Assembly (NCBI RefSeq): GCF_009914755.1
Contig: NC_060934.1
Strand: one strand, 5' to 3'
DNA length: 64,000 nt
Source of the DNA: the human T2T-CHM13v2.0 reference genome, Homo sapiens
In this document: positions 18,034 through 33,072 of the stretch, piece by piece
Layout of the letters: every line of letters starts with the position of its first letter
How positions within the stretch are numbered: the first letter of the stretch is position 1
The notes under the pieces: generated by a model
Told to the model about the DNA's origin: nothing
Databases searched by the model: none
What the model saw: only the letters and a program-made list of their open reading frames with translations
Position numbers and translations under genes: made by a program

Positions 18034-19379
18034 TGCCCCACAATTCATATATTGACCCTTTCATACTTTTCATTTTTTTTCCCTTAATCTCCATGCTTCC
18101 ACCTGGGATCATGTTTCTTTTGCCTAGGGAACTACATTTACTCTTTCATTTATCAAGAAACTTCTAACTGGCATTTAAATTGTATGCCAGGGAAAAAATT
18201 GCTAGTGGCGAATTCTCTCCATTTTTATTCTTCTGAAAATTATCTTTTTTATTCTTCCTCTGTGAAGGATATTACTGTTAAGTATAGATTCCAGATTGGC
18301 AGTTTAATTTCAGCATTCTATAGTTTTTGTTTAAAAGTCAGCTGTCAATCTTATTGTTGCTCATTTAAAAGTAATATGTCCTTTTTTCTTTTGGCTATAT
18401 TTTTGGGGAGTTTCCCTATGATGTGCCTAAGATGTGGTTTTGTCTTTATCCTGCTTTGGTTTGTAGAACTTCCTCAATCTATGCTTAATAATTTTTAAAT
18501 CTATTTTGGAAAATTCTCAGCCATTATCTCTTCAAATAGTGCTTTTCTCATATTCTGTCCCACCTTTCCTGGAACTATCACTGTATGTATGTTATTATTA
18601 TTATTTTTTTTTTTTGCCATGTCGCATATAACCCTTACAGTCATTTCTTTCTTTTTTTTTTTTTTTCTTAATCCTTTCTTGCCTTTGAGTTTCAGTCTGG
18701 CTATTTCTTTGACATATCTTCTGGCTTGCCTCTTTAGTTTTGTCTAATCTATCTGCAAACTCATCTATTAAATTCTTAATTTCAATTACTCTATTTTTCA
18801 GTCTCAGAATTTCCACTTAAATCTTATTGTAATTTTTAGTTTCCTGCTGAAATTCTTAATATTTTCATATAATTTCTTGAACATATTAATCATAGCTTTG
18901 GATTAAGTCCAATATTTGGATCTCATGTATAACTGTTTCTATGGTCTGCTTTTCCTCTTGATTTTGGTCAATTATTGCTTTATTACATGCCTGCTCTTAT
19001 TATTGAACGCCAAACACTGCAGTATTCTGGATGATGTTATAGTCTTCCAGAGAAGGTAACTTTTTAAAATTTTCAATATATTTTCCCTTGTTTTAATTGT
19101 GGCCTAATTTTCATGCAGATAAATGCACAGATCTGAAGTGTATAATCTGATGAGTTTCAACAAATGCATATCCCATATCCCTATCAAAATATGACACATC
19201 TTACCATTCTTGTGCCTCATTCTCAGTAAGTTTTCTCCCCTGACAACATAAATACCAACAGATGAAAGTATACATAAATTGTAGTGTAGGCATACAATGT
19301 AATGCTACCAGCAGTAAAAAGGAAAAGACTGTGATACATACGAATATCTGGATGAATCACAAAATGTTATCCTGAGTCA

Positions 19380-19725
<346 letters not shown>

Positions 19726-19779
19726 TTATCAGCTTTTCTAGTTCTCAGTTGGAGGAATCACCTGATATCAGTTAATCCA

Positions 19780-20330
19780 CCACTGCAGGAGCATAAGTCG
19801 ATTAATATAATTTTGCATATTGATTGTGAGCCACATTGCTTAATCGTCCCAGTTCTGTCATCTGCAGATTTTTATGCTTTAAGTCATTAATAAAGTTTTA
19901 ATACCATGGTATTAAGACAAAGTCTTGGACCACTCAATTATTCTCATAGTATACCACCAAGCCACTTATCAACACTCTCAACAGTTATTTGACAGCTGTG
20001 TATTTCTTTAAAAGTACCAGAAGCTGAAGTTTTTATCTCCTTATCCGTAAGATATTATGTGCAATTTTGCCACAGGCTTTGCTGAATCTAAGATTGGATA
20101 TGTAGTATACTTTCCATTGAGCAAACCTTTTTTCTATACTGGAAAAAAAGTATTCACCTTGATGCTTCTGAATATTTCCTCTATTATTTACCAAACATCA
20201 TTGACACATGCTCTGGGATTCCATCTGCAATTTCTTCAAGAAGCAGAAACATACTAAAATGTAGTTGGCCTCGCCCTGGAGACAGATGCATTGAAAACTT
20301 TTCATTTCTTTCCATAGCTGTTCTTTGCTT
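19780..20330 (-). mobile_element. CR1/L3 LINE reverse-transcriptase remnant
   Basis: Antisense degenerate K.ADD..LG (cccagttctgtcatctgcag) and DFSKA-like (ggctttgctgaatc) motifs. Confidence 0.55.
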
Positions 20331-20375
20331 TTTAATCCCATCTCTACATTATTTATTTTATCCTTCCCTGTTTTA

Positions 20376-20762
<387 letters not shown>

Positions 20763-20987
20763 TTAATGGCATTCTTTGTTGACTAGCATTTTCTGAAAGT
20801 TCACTAGGAATTTTAACCTTCCTAATATTTTTATAAACTTTTACTCTTTTATGATCAGTTTATGTGCTCCACACAGTCAACTTTAGTTCATCCCTTGGAA
20901 TCTGTGTTCACCAGAGGTCTTCCTATGCAAGCATACCAGTTATTTCAGTTTCTGTCTCTTCCCACTTGGCCTTTCATTATTTGTATA

Positions 20988-21287
20988 CAGTTGTCCCTCA
21001 ACATTTGTTGGAGATTGGTTCCAGGACCCAATCTGCAGATGCCCAAGTCCCTTATATAAAATAATGTATCTGCCTATAACCTAGTCACATCCTCTGTACA
21101 TCTGTAGATGTTAAATCATCTCTAGATTGCTTATAATACTTAATACAAGTAAATGTTATATAGTTGTTATAGCATATTCTTATTTGTGTCATTTTTATGG
21201 TTGTATGGTTATTTTTGCTATTTAAAAAATATTTTCCATCCTTGGTTGGTTGAAACTGCCAATGTGTAATCTAAGGAGGGTCGTCTG
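20988..21287. mobile_element. MER2 (Tigger-type MITE)
   Basis: ta|CAGTTGTCCCTC...GAGGGTCGTCTG|ta: TIRs with TA duplication. Confidence 0.8.
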
Positions 21288-22256
21288 TACTTGAAATCTC
21301 ACTTTTTCCAAATAATTCAGTTTAACCTCTTGAGCCATAAGAATTTTCACTGAGTTTGCTGAAATCAGACTCCATGCATGGTTGACTAAATCCCATATTT
21401 CATTTCCTTGCCATTATGAACTGTAAGATACAGGAATCACTGTCTCCCAGGCATCCTGTCATTCCCAGACCACCAACTAGCTCTTTATTTATTAAAATAA
21501 TGCACACAGCTACTCCCCCTCTGAAAACATAAACAAGGTGGGACTCAATTCCAGGACTCAACTTTTAGCAGATGTCAGGATGGTTGAAGGCCCTTAACCC
21601 TACAGGTCATTTCTGTGTATGTTGTTGTTATAATATAATCCGTACTAAGCAAACATCATCCAAATCTTTCCAAATAGGTGAGTGTTATCATATAATTATC
21701 CTAAGTGTCACATATTTCCTTTTAGCAACACTTAAACGCTCATCATTCTCCTAATCCATAGATTTATGGATTTCTTTATAGATGAATGTCTTATTTAGGT
21801 ATCACACAACTTGTCTTTCCTATTCAATCTACTTCATTTGGACCTAATGGATCGATGGCCATTTTATGGTTATAAATTCTGCATGTTCGTTTTGTAACCT
21901 CTGCTGCATCTATGGGATATTTAATTTCTAACAAGACATGATGTTCATTCTATTTTTTCAATGCTCTGCCTTTCATAGATAACTGGAAGTAAAATATTGG
22001 GCCCAAACAGCCTTTATTGTAAAGATGACTTCTGTGTATTGCATAGTGCTTCTGTTACATAAGTTCTTTCAGTTCAGTGATGGCCTTTCTTGGCATATAT
22101 AATTTAACTCATCTTTAAAATTTAAGTCATCTTGATCAGTTTACTTTCCTGCCAAACATTTGGTCTTTAGAAACATTATCCCTTCGCAGGGACCAGCATC
22201 GTGTTATTGCCATACTACTAATAAAAACAACTAACATTTATTACATGCCATGTTTC

Positions 22257-22950
22257 CAGGGGTGAGCTGGTAAATGTTTAACAACTGGCACAAAATCCAC
22301 ACACATACATAAGTGTATAATAAATGTAGCTAATATAAATAAAATAGATAATACTCCTTATTGCTAATTCCACATAACCAATTTATTCACAAAGTATCTT
22401 TTTATTTTTCCCAAATTCTTCTATCTCTAGCCATCCTGTGATTGCAATTGGTTCACAAGTGTAATCTGGCATGAATGTTGGTTGATATTTTTATTTACAT
22501 TAACAAATAAGACAAAAGACAATCAACACATGTCAGAACTTCACTCATTTGTCCATGATATATCTGGCTTCTTTGCTGAATCAGATCATAGTTTTTGAAC
22601 ACTGGAAGAATATTTCCTCAATTTCTTGTGTTGTTCACCATGTAACAGCTACAGACACATTTTAAATTTTAATCTGCATTAACATTTTCCCCATCACCTT
22701 TTTAAGTCTAGACAAATTGACCAAACAGTAAACCATCCCTGATTTGGTCTAAATACTGCCACTACCAAACTGCCAATTTCAAACCACCTTGACGTCACTA
22801 ACGTAGAACTGGGAAAAAGTGTAAAGTACACCATTGTATAGTATTTCCACCACACAGGTACCTTAATATCTGTGAAATAACCTTAAAAGCAGAGATAATA
22901 GTAAAATATGATAAAATAATAAAGAATTAAGTTTTGACTATTTCATTGGT
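22257..22950. mobile_element. MER63-like hAT element
   Basis: CAGGGGTGAGCTGGTAAATGTTTAACAACTGGC terminus; far end uncertain. Confidence 0.5.
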
Positions 22951-23344
22951 TTTAAATGATGCCCAAGTCTCAGCTGAAATAAAATAATAGGCAAGTTTAT
23001 GGAGCTCCTCTCCAATCCTTTCTTTTCCTTACAGTGTTATTTGTTGAGAAAGCCAGACCCTTTGACAAGTTGTTTCTCGGTCTGAGTCTTCTTGATTTCA
23101 TAGGCAGGATGTAGCTCTCCATCCTTTATATTTTCTGGAAGCTACATTCAAAGCCTGATTCAGATTTAAGGTTCAATTGCTTTGACAAGACCATAAGAGG
23201 TCTTGTTTTCTTCCATCAGGAAGCATGTAATATCTAGTTCTCTTTTGATGATGCTAGCAGCCATTGATGCTTAATACACAGATTTATTAAATCAATGGGG
23301 AGTATAAAGTGGATGATAATAATTTCAATTATTAGTTGGAAACT

Positions 23345-23675
<331 letters not shown>

Positions 23676-26435
23676 TCATCTGCCATATGGATACTTAGTG
23701 GTCAAGTGCATACAGGATAGGCCAAATAAATGTTTGATTCTTTCTCTTTATCATCAGTTTTCAAGAAGATATGAATTTATTCCCTCTCATCCTCCTCTTT
23801 TGATATTATTAATTCATGGGTGTAAACATATCAGTGAGTTTCAATTCATTGCCAACTATTATTATTGAAGCTCCAACTGTCCATTTTTGGCCAGTGGGAT
23901 CTTCAAGTCGCCTCCAGAATTCTTTTGACAAGATCCTGCTAACATTTGATCACTTCCTTGCTATGACAATTCTTTCAGGATCATCTCCCACGTTTCCCGC
24001 TCCACACCTGGAATCAGCCATATCTCCAAAATGCCTTGGTTTCTTTTAATGAGAAATTCTATTTCAAGGTCAAAACCCAGGTGCTAAGGATGCTCCCCCA
24101 GTTGGTCATTCTTGTTACACCTTTTCAGTGATCAGTTACATACATGAACACATAGACACATAGATTAAATATCTCATGACATCATATTGATACTCCCAAT
24201 TCAAATTAAAGACCACAAAGTTTTTACTTTAACTTACCACCTTGTTCCATTCTTAGAAACCTGATTGCCAAGGACTCGAGACGATAGAATTAAAATATCC
24301 AATATGTACTCATTTGTTTAATCATATGCTACATACACACCAGGCAGAATACCACCAATATGACTGTTGAAAACATTAAATTTTCGCCTGTGTTTTCCTC
24401 ATTATTCCATTGTAAATGGTACTAAGTCTTCATTTGTCAGTGTTTATAGTCATTAAGGACTCTATTTTCTCCTTGCTGGCCCTCACTTCATCTTATTTCT
24501 GTAAGCAATTAAATATTTAATGCGCAACATCAAGTCTCATGTTGCTATCTCTAAGACATTTTGGTACTCTGAAACTCATTCTGCAGTAGATTCTTAAAGA
24601 AGGGCTCTCTTCCCAACCTCTTATTCAGTGGGAGATATTTCAGTACTACCCATTATTTAAAACAGCAATCTCACATTGTGTGATACTGCTTTCATGGAAC
24701 CTAATGCCAACTGAATATGCTACAGGCATTGGCAAGAGTGGTAAGATCGACAGGGAGGTCCAGTCACTGTTACTGGCAATGTTCAGGCAATCAATTTGGC
24801 TAATATTAACAGGTCAGGAGACAAGGGCATGACCAGAGACAGCAGTCATTACATGTAGCTAGATGTCAGAAATGTCACATCAGATCTGGTTCCCTAACAA
24901 GCAGGTTGAATTCAGGTTACCCCTGCAGTCAGAACGATGTCATCCAAGGATATTGCAGTTTCCCTTATGACAGAAAAGGTTGAGTTTCCTTTTCAACACA
25001 GTGGTGCTGTCTTCCCTAGAAGCCTTTGATTCCTCTTTAAGTCCATCTTCTCCAAGGAAACTGAACACTCTGGACACAGGGGCCTCAATAAGGCCTAGCA
25101 CAGCTTCTGTGAGTAGCCACTCAACTGATTGTCTAAGACACAGTTGCTGAGATGGTGGCTGAGAGAAAGGAGGAAGAAGAAAGGATACAGAGAGAAGCGT
25201 TTTCTGTATCAACGTGCTTAATGAGAAGATGGGAGGAGTGTTTGGTGAGTCAGGTTTACTAGAGGGCAAAGCTTCTACACCCTACGATTTGCCTAAGTCT
25301 GAACTAAGTCATTCTGTCAATGGGTTGGATCAGTGTGGGTAACTAACAACTTATTATACTCCCTACCTAGAAATTTTAAAGTGCTTATTAATAGAAGTCC
25401 TTTTATAACAGGATTGAAAACATATCAGTAGCAGCTTCTTCAACTAGAGCATCGTTCAACTAGAGCCAACTATGCATGAGTACCAGCTCTGGAAGAATGT
25501 GGCCTGGGACCCTTGAAGTAAATCTGATAGTCATTTAAATAAAAACAAAAAATGCTGATTATCATCTACTCTATGAGACCTACATACCCTGCCATCTTCC
25601 ATACTTTAGAATGCATCTGGAGAAATCACGTGCAGACCTACTGAGTTGCTTTGAGATTACCAATAATTTCCTTGTATCCATGGTTAGACGTCAGCTTCCA
25701 TTTAAAAAGTTGTGTTATGTATGTTTTTCAAGTTTTTCACTACTTCATACAGGGTATTATTAAAAATCAGAAGTAAATATAATGTGAAGTAGCTTAGATC
25801 CCAAGGGAAAGTTCCAATTAGAACCATTTCTTTCATTGTTTAGTTTCTAAAATAAAATTTTAGAAGACCTTTCTCACCAATGTAAAAACTTCTAAAATTT
25901 AAATGTAAGACTATTGTGACACAAACTTCTGAAACATTAATTATCTCACAGTACAGCATTCCTAGATTTTCCAAAGAGAACAATGTGAACTGAGGCTTCT
26001 ATTAAGCCATGGTCTCAGACCGCTTTTGCCCAAATTGCAAGCATTTTGATGGTGTTGTATTGGAAGTTAAATCACATTTACCTCCCTTCCAGCCCCAATA
26101 TGAGAGCATATAATGGGACAAATATTCAAGTTTAGCACACCTATAATAAAAATATATTTCTCTCCTTAAACTTTCCTAGTGTCATGGACTTAAGAGATAA
26201 GCATGAGGGAGATGGATAAAATATTACATATTTTAATTTTTTAAGTGATTTTGCAGAATGTGCATTTTGCAACTGCTTATTCCCCACATCCCAACCTTCT
26301 AGAATAGCACCATCCAGTAGAAATTTCTTTTGAGGATGAAATTGTTCCATATTTGCATTGTTCAGGATGGCGGCCATTAACTCCAAGTCCCCACTGACCA
26401 TTCGAAATGTAGCTATTGTTGACAGAGTAACTAAA

Positions 26436-26694
<259 letters not shown>

Positions 26695-26741
26695 AGAGTA
26701 ACTAAATTTTAAAGTACTACATAATTGTAAGTAAATTTAAA

Positions 26742-27790
26742 CTCTTTTGGGTGTGTACCCAGAAGTGGAATGGCTGCATCGTATGGTAACTCTATTTTTA
26801 ATTTTTTGAGGAATTGCCATACTATTTTCCACAGTGGCTGTACCATTTTACATTCCCACCCATCAATAGAGGAAAAGGATTCCAATTTCTCAACATCCTT
26901 GCCAACACTTGTTTTCTGCTTTCTTGATAGCAGCCATCCTGCTGGGTGTAAGGTGATATCTCAGTTTTGATATGCATTTCTCTAATAATTAGTGATGCTG
27001 GGCATCTTTTCATGTCCTTGTGTATCTTCTTTGGAGAATGTCTATTCAAGTCCTTTGCCCATTTTTGAATCAGGTTTCTCGTTGTTGGGTTTTAGGAGTT
27101 CTCTCTGTATCAAGGATATCAATCCTTCATCATATATACAATTTGCAAATATTTTCTCCTATTCTGCTGGTTGCCTGTTTATTATCAATAGGATAATGTT
27201 ATTATCAATAGGATAATGTCTTTAGATGCACCAATTTTTAAAATTTTTATAAAGTCGTTTGTCTTTTTCTTTAGTTGCCTTGCCTTTAGTGTCATATCCA
27301 AAAAATTAGTGCCAAATCCAGTGTCTCTAACATATTTATACATCCATGTTCATAGCAGAATTATTCCCAGTAGCTCAAACATGGAAGCAACACTGTCCAT
27401 TGACGAATGGATAAGCAAAATGTGGTGTATACACACAGTGGAATATTATCAAGCCTTAACAATGAAATCCTGCTACTACATAGATGAACCTTGACGACAT
27501 TATGCTAAGTGCAATAAGCCAGTCACAAAAAGGCATATGCTGCATGATTGAGGTAGTTAAAATCACAGACAGGGTAGAATGGTGGTTTTCTCAGGGGCTA
27601 GGGGAATGGGGATTGATTGTTTAGTGGATATAGAGTTTCAGTTTTGCAAGACGAAAAAAGTTCTAGAGATGGATGGTGATGATGGTCGCATAACAATATA
27701 AATGTACTTCATACAACTGAACTGTACACTTAAAAATGGTTTCTAAGGTAAATTTTAGGTTATGCATATTTTGCCACAATTTTTTAAAAT
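26742..27790. mobile_element. L1MB-like 3' end with an inverted 5' segment
   Basis: Antisense ORF2 end at 26742-27325, then sense 3' end at 27326-27790. Confidence 0.8.
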
Positions 27791-28409
27791 GCCACATATG
27801 GCTGGTGGCTACAGTAATTGGATAGCACCATTCTAGAACATAAGTGAAAACAGAAATCCATATTAAAGAGATTAATACACACAATGGCCTATCCAGGAAT
27901 ATCAGTGGGTAGAAAAAGAATCGCTGAATTCTGATTATTTGCCAGGGGACAGAGAGGGATGCTAGTTTACTTCCTATGCAACCAGAACCAGAAGAGACCA
28001 GTAAAAGCAGTACCTACCCCCTGCCACTTCTATATTCATAACAGATGTACATAATAGAAGGAAAATATGTTTCAATATGCCACATAAATAACAACTAGCT
28101 TAGCGTGAAACAGAAAGCAAGTTACTTGTTCCTCAAGTATTATTGAACATGCCAGAATATGCTTTAAATTGATCACAAACTTTAAATAGAAATAACATAG
28201 CTAATCAAAATATTACTTCTCTTCAGCCTTAGGCTTATCATACTGTCACTAAGCATATGACTTTAGGCATTCACATCAATCTGGGCCTCAGTTATTTCAT
28301 CTATAAAACAAACAGTGAATGTGAGGGTCCCTACAGGTCCTTTCCTGCTTTATGAATCATTAAGAGTATTACTTTGGCATCCAAGATTCCCATTTTTCTT
28401 GTCTAAATA

Positions 28410-28739
28410 CAGTCATGTACTGCATAATGATGTTCTAGTCAATGACAAACTGCTTTATACAATGGTCATCCCATAAGATTATAGTACTGTATTTTTACTG
28501 TAACTTTTCTGTTTAGATATGTTTAGATACACAAATACTTACCAATGTGTTCCAATCATCTACAGTACCCAGTAGTCACCTGCTGTACAGGTTTGCAGCC
28601 TAGGGGCAATAGTTTATACCATATAGCCTAGGTGTAGCATCTGGTATACATCTAGGTTTGTGTAAGTATAATCTACGATGTTTGCATATACCAATACATT
28701 TCTTAGAACATATCCTCATCACTAACAGTCACATGACTG
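28410..28739. mobile_element. Tigger3/MER7-type MITE
   Basis: ta|CAGTCATG...CATGACTG|ta. Confidence 0.85.
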
Positions 28740-30090
28740 TATAAACAATTTCTCAAAATGCCGAGGAGGAAAAGGTGGCCTTGAAGTCTGTGCTGAATTT
28801 TCACTGGTTACTCCACCATGACTTGACAGTGGTTTTGATTTCTACCTCTGCAAATGTTCTGTTTATGAAGACCTCTACAGCATCATTTGTCACTCTCATG
28901 TCACTATGGATTTCATCAATATAAATTTATGACAGTGTTACAAGTTTCTAAGCTACTTGCAGTATGAGCCACAACTATCATAAGTACTTGAAAGATCTGG
29001 CTACCAGCATTAATAATTAAAAATCTTTACCAAAGACTGCTTTTCTGAAAACCTTAAAAGAGAGGAAATAAAATAAAGGGAGAAGAGGGTCGATGAGAAA
29101 AAACATGTATTGTAAATACGTATTGTAGTAATTTGTTAAACAGTTACCTTGTTGTACAAGTGCTCTGTTTATGAGAGCACCATAAAAGTGGTTTCTTTCT
29201 TTCGTTTCCCGCCCCCCCCCCCCCGCGCCCTGTGGGAGAAGGGAAGCAATGAAGGAAATGAAAGAGTTCATTTAAGTGCTATATTCACATAAGGCTAATT
29301 TGTAAAAGCTCAATCCAGCTGAATATACTTGCAGCCACCACTGGACCACAAAACTTCAGTTGAGCAGACTAATTGAGATTCTTCAGGAGAACTCCCTTGT
29401 CTTTGGTAGTTACAGATGTCTCATTAGGCATTCTGTACCTCCCCCTTCTCTAGAATACTAAGTCTGACTCTGCCCGGCCTGAGGACACAGCCTGTGAATT
29501 CCCAACAGATTCTAATACACCATCATTGTAAGACAGTTGATTTTGTTTTGCACCCATTTGATTTTTGTTTTTGTTTGTCTCAAACTAAAGTTGCAATTAA
29601 TAGTACTATGTTAGCTGCACTGGAATACTGTTTAAAAAAAATAACAACAAAAACTATGCTCCGCCTCCAAGACTGTAACATGCAGGCTAAAGGCCCTATT
29701 AAACACTTTCTGTAGTCTTACCCAGAGAATTGCTTTCTATAAAAGAAGATCATTAGAGCTCATGGCTGGAGTTCAGGGAGAATAGTAAACTCCATAAAAT
29801 CTTATTTTCTACCCATTTTCAATTCTCTATAGAGATGCAATATTTGAACATTTGACTTTTATTAGACTAGTGAGAGCGTGGCGCCCACTTGACTATTTTT
29901 ATTTTCTTCTTTACTAAAAAGATGTGTTGTGGACTCCTCTGTGTATTTCTTTAAAAATGCCTAAAGATCTTTGAGGAATTCGAGTCATGGGAAACTACAT
30001 GTTTAAGTATTTAATTAGAAGCCTCTCCCATGAGCTGGAAAAAATCTCTTGGCACAATTATGGAATAACTATTTTCCCTTCACTGCTGTC

Positions 30091-30389
<299 letters not shown>

Positions 30390-30872
30390 CACTGCTATCT
30401 TAATGTTCAATATTGTGGGCTTGCAAAGAAGCGTGGAATGAAACTGAAATAGTAAAAAGGTCTCCATGTATCTGCATTATTGGTGAGTTTTCACCTGTAT
30501 GTAAGCAACGGCGTGCACAAACACTTAGCACACACACACGTTTGTGTGTATGTTATAAACGCACAACCCATCTACCACTAAGTCCAAAGTTTCACCAAAT
30601 TATTTCATTTGTGCTTTTCACATAAAAACAATTTATAGATTTGTCTCTATCTAAAATATAAACATCATTTTTTGGAGATTATTTAATAATTAACGTACTT
30701 TCTCCAGAGTAAAGGGTAAAATTTCTTATTTCTATAAAATTTAAATAAGTGTTTTTCTTCTAATTGGAATGTGACAATGTATTTAAATATACTTTCTTTT
30801 CTAAATCTGCAACTACCTTTTTCAATGACATTATGAAGGAAGACTTACTAACAAATAAAATTCCACTGATAA

Positions 30873-30878
30873 TTTATT
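30873..30878 (-). terminator. Distal polyadenylation signal AATAAA (ATTAAA at 30885-30890)
   Basis: Plus-strand tttatt, followed on the minus strand by U/GU-rich ttttatttgtt. Confidence 0.65.
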
Positions 30879-31065
30879 TCAGCTTTTAATATATTTTCTA
30901 CTATAAAACCAAGCTGTCAAGACAGGAAAATATTACTAGCTTTGTTATTACAAAACAAGTGAGAATTTTTAATTCACAAAGGATGAAAACGCAAGACATT
31001 AATCTCACTGTACATACAATATTACAATAAACTGATTAGCTGTAGACTAATAAAACATTTAAGAC

Positions 31066-31067
<2 letters not shown>

Positions 31068-31100
<33 letters not shown>
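31068..31100. repeat. (CA)16 microsatellite in the 3' UTR, read as (UG)n in the mRNA
   Basis: Read directly from the sequence. Confidence 0.95.
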
Positions 31101-31102
<2 letters not shown>

Positions 31103-31739
31103 ACCTTGAAACAAGAAACACAGGACAATTTTAATCTTTGATATATGTTCATGAACACCAAGAACAAGAACATCACTGATTTGAGTCTAATTGTTTTCCT
31201 GGTATACAATCACTAAATAAGCAAGATCTAAAGCATATTGTATTATTAAGGACATCTTTAGGCAAATATAAACATTCTGATTTAGGGCTTTTTCTCCCCA
31301 CCCGAAACAATCTGCTTTAGCTATCAAGTAGTTTGGTTTGTTATCAATTTAACACGCTCACAACAACAAATACAGAATTTCTACCACAAAATTCAGGTGA
31401 GAGGTTTTTAGACAGATCATACAAAAAAATACTTGTTCCCAAGGAAGGCAATCTGTAAATTATAAATGCAACCCTAAGAAAAAAAAATCCTGGTCACAAA
31501 TCACTCGCTTTCAAATATTGATGGAGAAATAAAAAGTGTACGTTGTGGGTGGAGAAATGTTGGCATGGAAGAGAGGAGAAAAGGTATGAAATGAGGAAAG
31601 TGTTATTTGCCACAGGAAATATTGGATTCAGTTGATTTTTAAAAATGAGGTATAACAGTATGCCAGTAAATGAAAAAACAAAAAAATTAGAAACCAAAAT
31701 GCACATTTCCAATGGAAAAATCTCTAAACCTCTTATAGT

Positions 31740-31846
31740 TTTATTAGACATTTCATGTACAGAAGTTAATCTAGAAAAATACATTTTAAAAATCTTCAAC
31801 AGACCATGCTCCCTGTAACAAAACCTTCCAAACCCTGTGTTTTATT
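31740..31846 (-). terminator. Proximal polyadenylation signals AATAAA (31740-31745 and 31841-31846)
   Basis: Two minus-strand AATAAA hexamers, each with UGUA nearby upstream. Confidence 0.55.
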
Positions 31847-33072
31847 ATACAAAGCAATCTACATTAGTAGGTAAAAAGAAATTCTCAAATTTAGCAATGT
31901 CATTTTCCATCCAACATCCATCTAATTTACAGATGGGTTTCCACTATTCATACTGGAATTAGAATTCTGTAATAAATTTTTTCTAATGTTTTCTGTACAT
32001 ATTAAATAAACCAAAAGGTTCCTCTTGTAGTGCATGTGCCATTTAGCAAGTCTATTCAGTATTTTTCCAGTACCATTCTCATTACAGTGATTTGCCTGTA
32101 AATGTAGTTAATATCTAAAAGTGCACACAGTTAACTTTCCCAAATAACGGACTATTTCTGGAGGAAACCTAATATTCACAGAAAAGATTACCAATAACAA
32201 TGATTAGAAATGTAGGGTTAGAATGTACTCTGAGACTATACAACACAATTATATACACAAGCTAAAGGACATTAAGTCTTTAGCCTATATTTACATAAAA
32301 TAATGTGTGTTTCCACAGGGTCATACCAATAACTCAGTATGGTACTAGATATAATTAGGATTGTTAGCTACAATTCAGTATAGCAAGACAGCCCTAAAAT
32401 GCCCTGAACTGACTTCCGCTAACTAAAACTCCAGTATATCACAGTGTTTTAAGTAATATTAGTGTGCTGCCCAAACAAGCAACTAAGATATCCAGTAAGG
32501 ATGCTGTGTAACACAGTAAAAGACAGCAAGCCTTCATCAAGGGGTTATTTTGGGGTTATAATGAATTTTGGCACTTAAGACTGCCACTGCATGCAGAAAC
32601 CCCGAAAAAGAAATACACAGGTTTCAAAATGGATATACTTCATTTTGTTTAAAATGCCCAAGAGCCTTTGCAACATAACTGAAAGTATTGTTCTATCAAG
32701 TCATGAATCTTGAGAAGAAAGTACATTATCCAATTTCAGGGAAAAAAAATACAGTTTTCTTACCAAATTATCCAGTGTATATGACTGGTTAGAATTTTAA
32801 GTTTTGATTTTTACTGAAATTCAGAGTATGAAATGCAAACATTCAGGATAAAATGAATTCATAATTACACGCAGTTATATCAACTTGCAACAAAGCAGCA
32901 AATATGAGGGCCTAACACACATCTCGACTCTCCCCTTCCCTTCTGATCCCTCAAAAAAAAAGTGCAAAATCAAAGAGTCACTGCTTGGTCCAAAAAATAA
33001 AATACATTGTGTATAAACATTTGAAATCTGATGGAATCCAGCTTCTATTCCACAGGTTGTCTTCAGTAAGAA

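Larger units (their letters stand above)
30850..33072 (-). other. ARHGAP12: ARHGAP12 3' UTR (~2.2 kb, AU-rich, no obvious interspersed repeats)
   Basis: Follows the stop codon; unique sequence until the Alu ending at 30389; contains several AATAAA. Confidence 0.8.

Noticed and set aside
24940-25269. 109-aa minus-strand ORF downstream of the gene
   Set aside because: The start is non-ATG, composition is low-information, and there is no splice or domain support.
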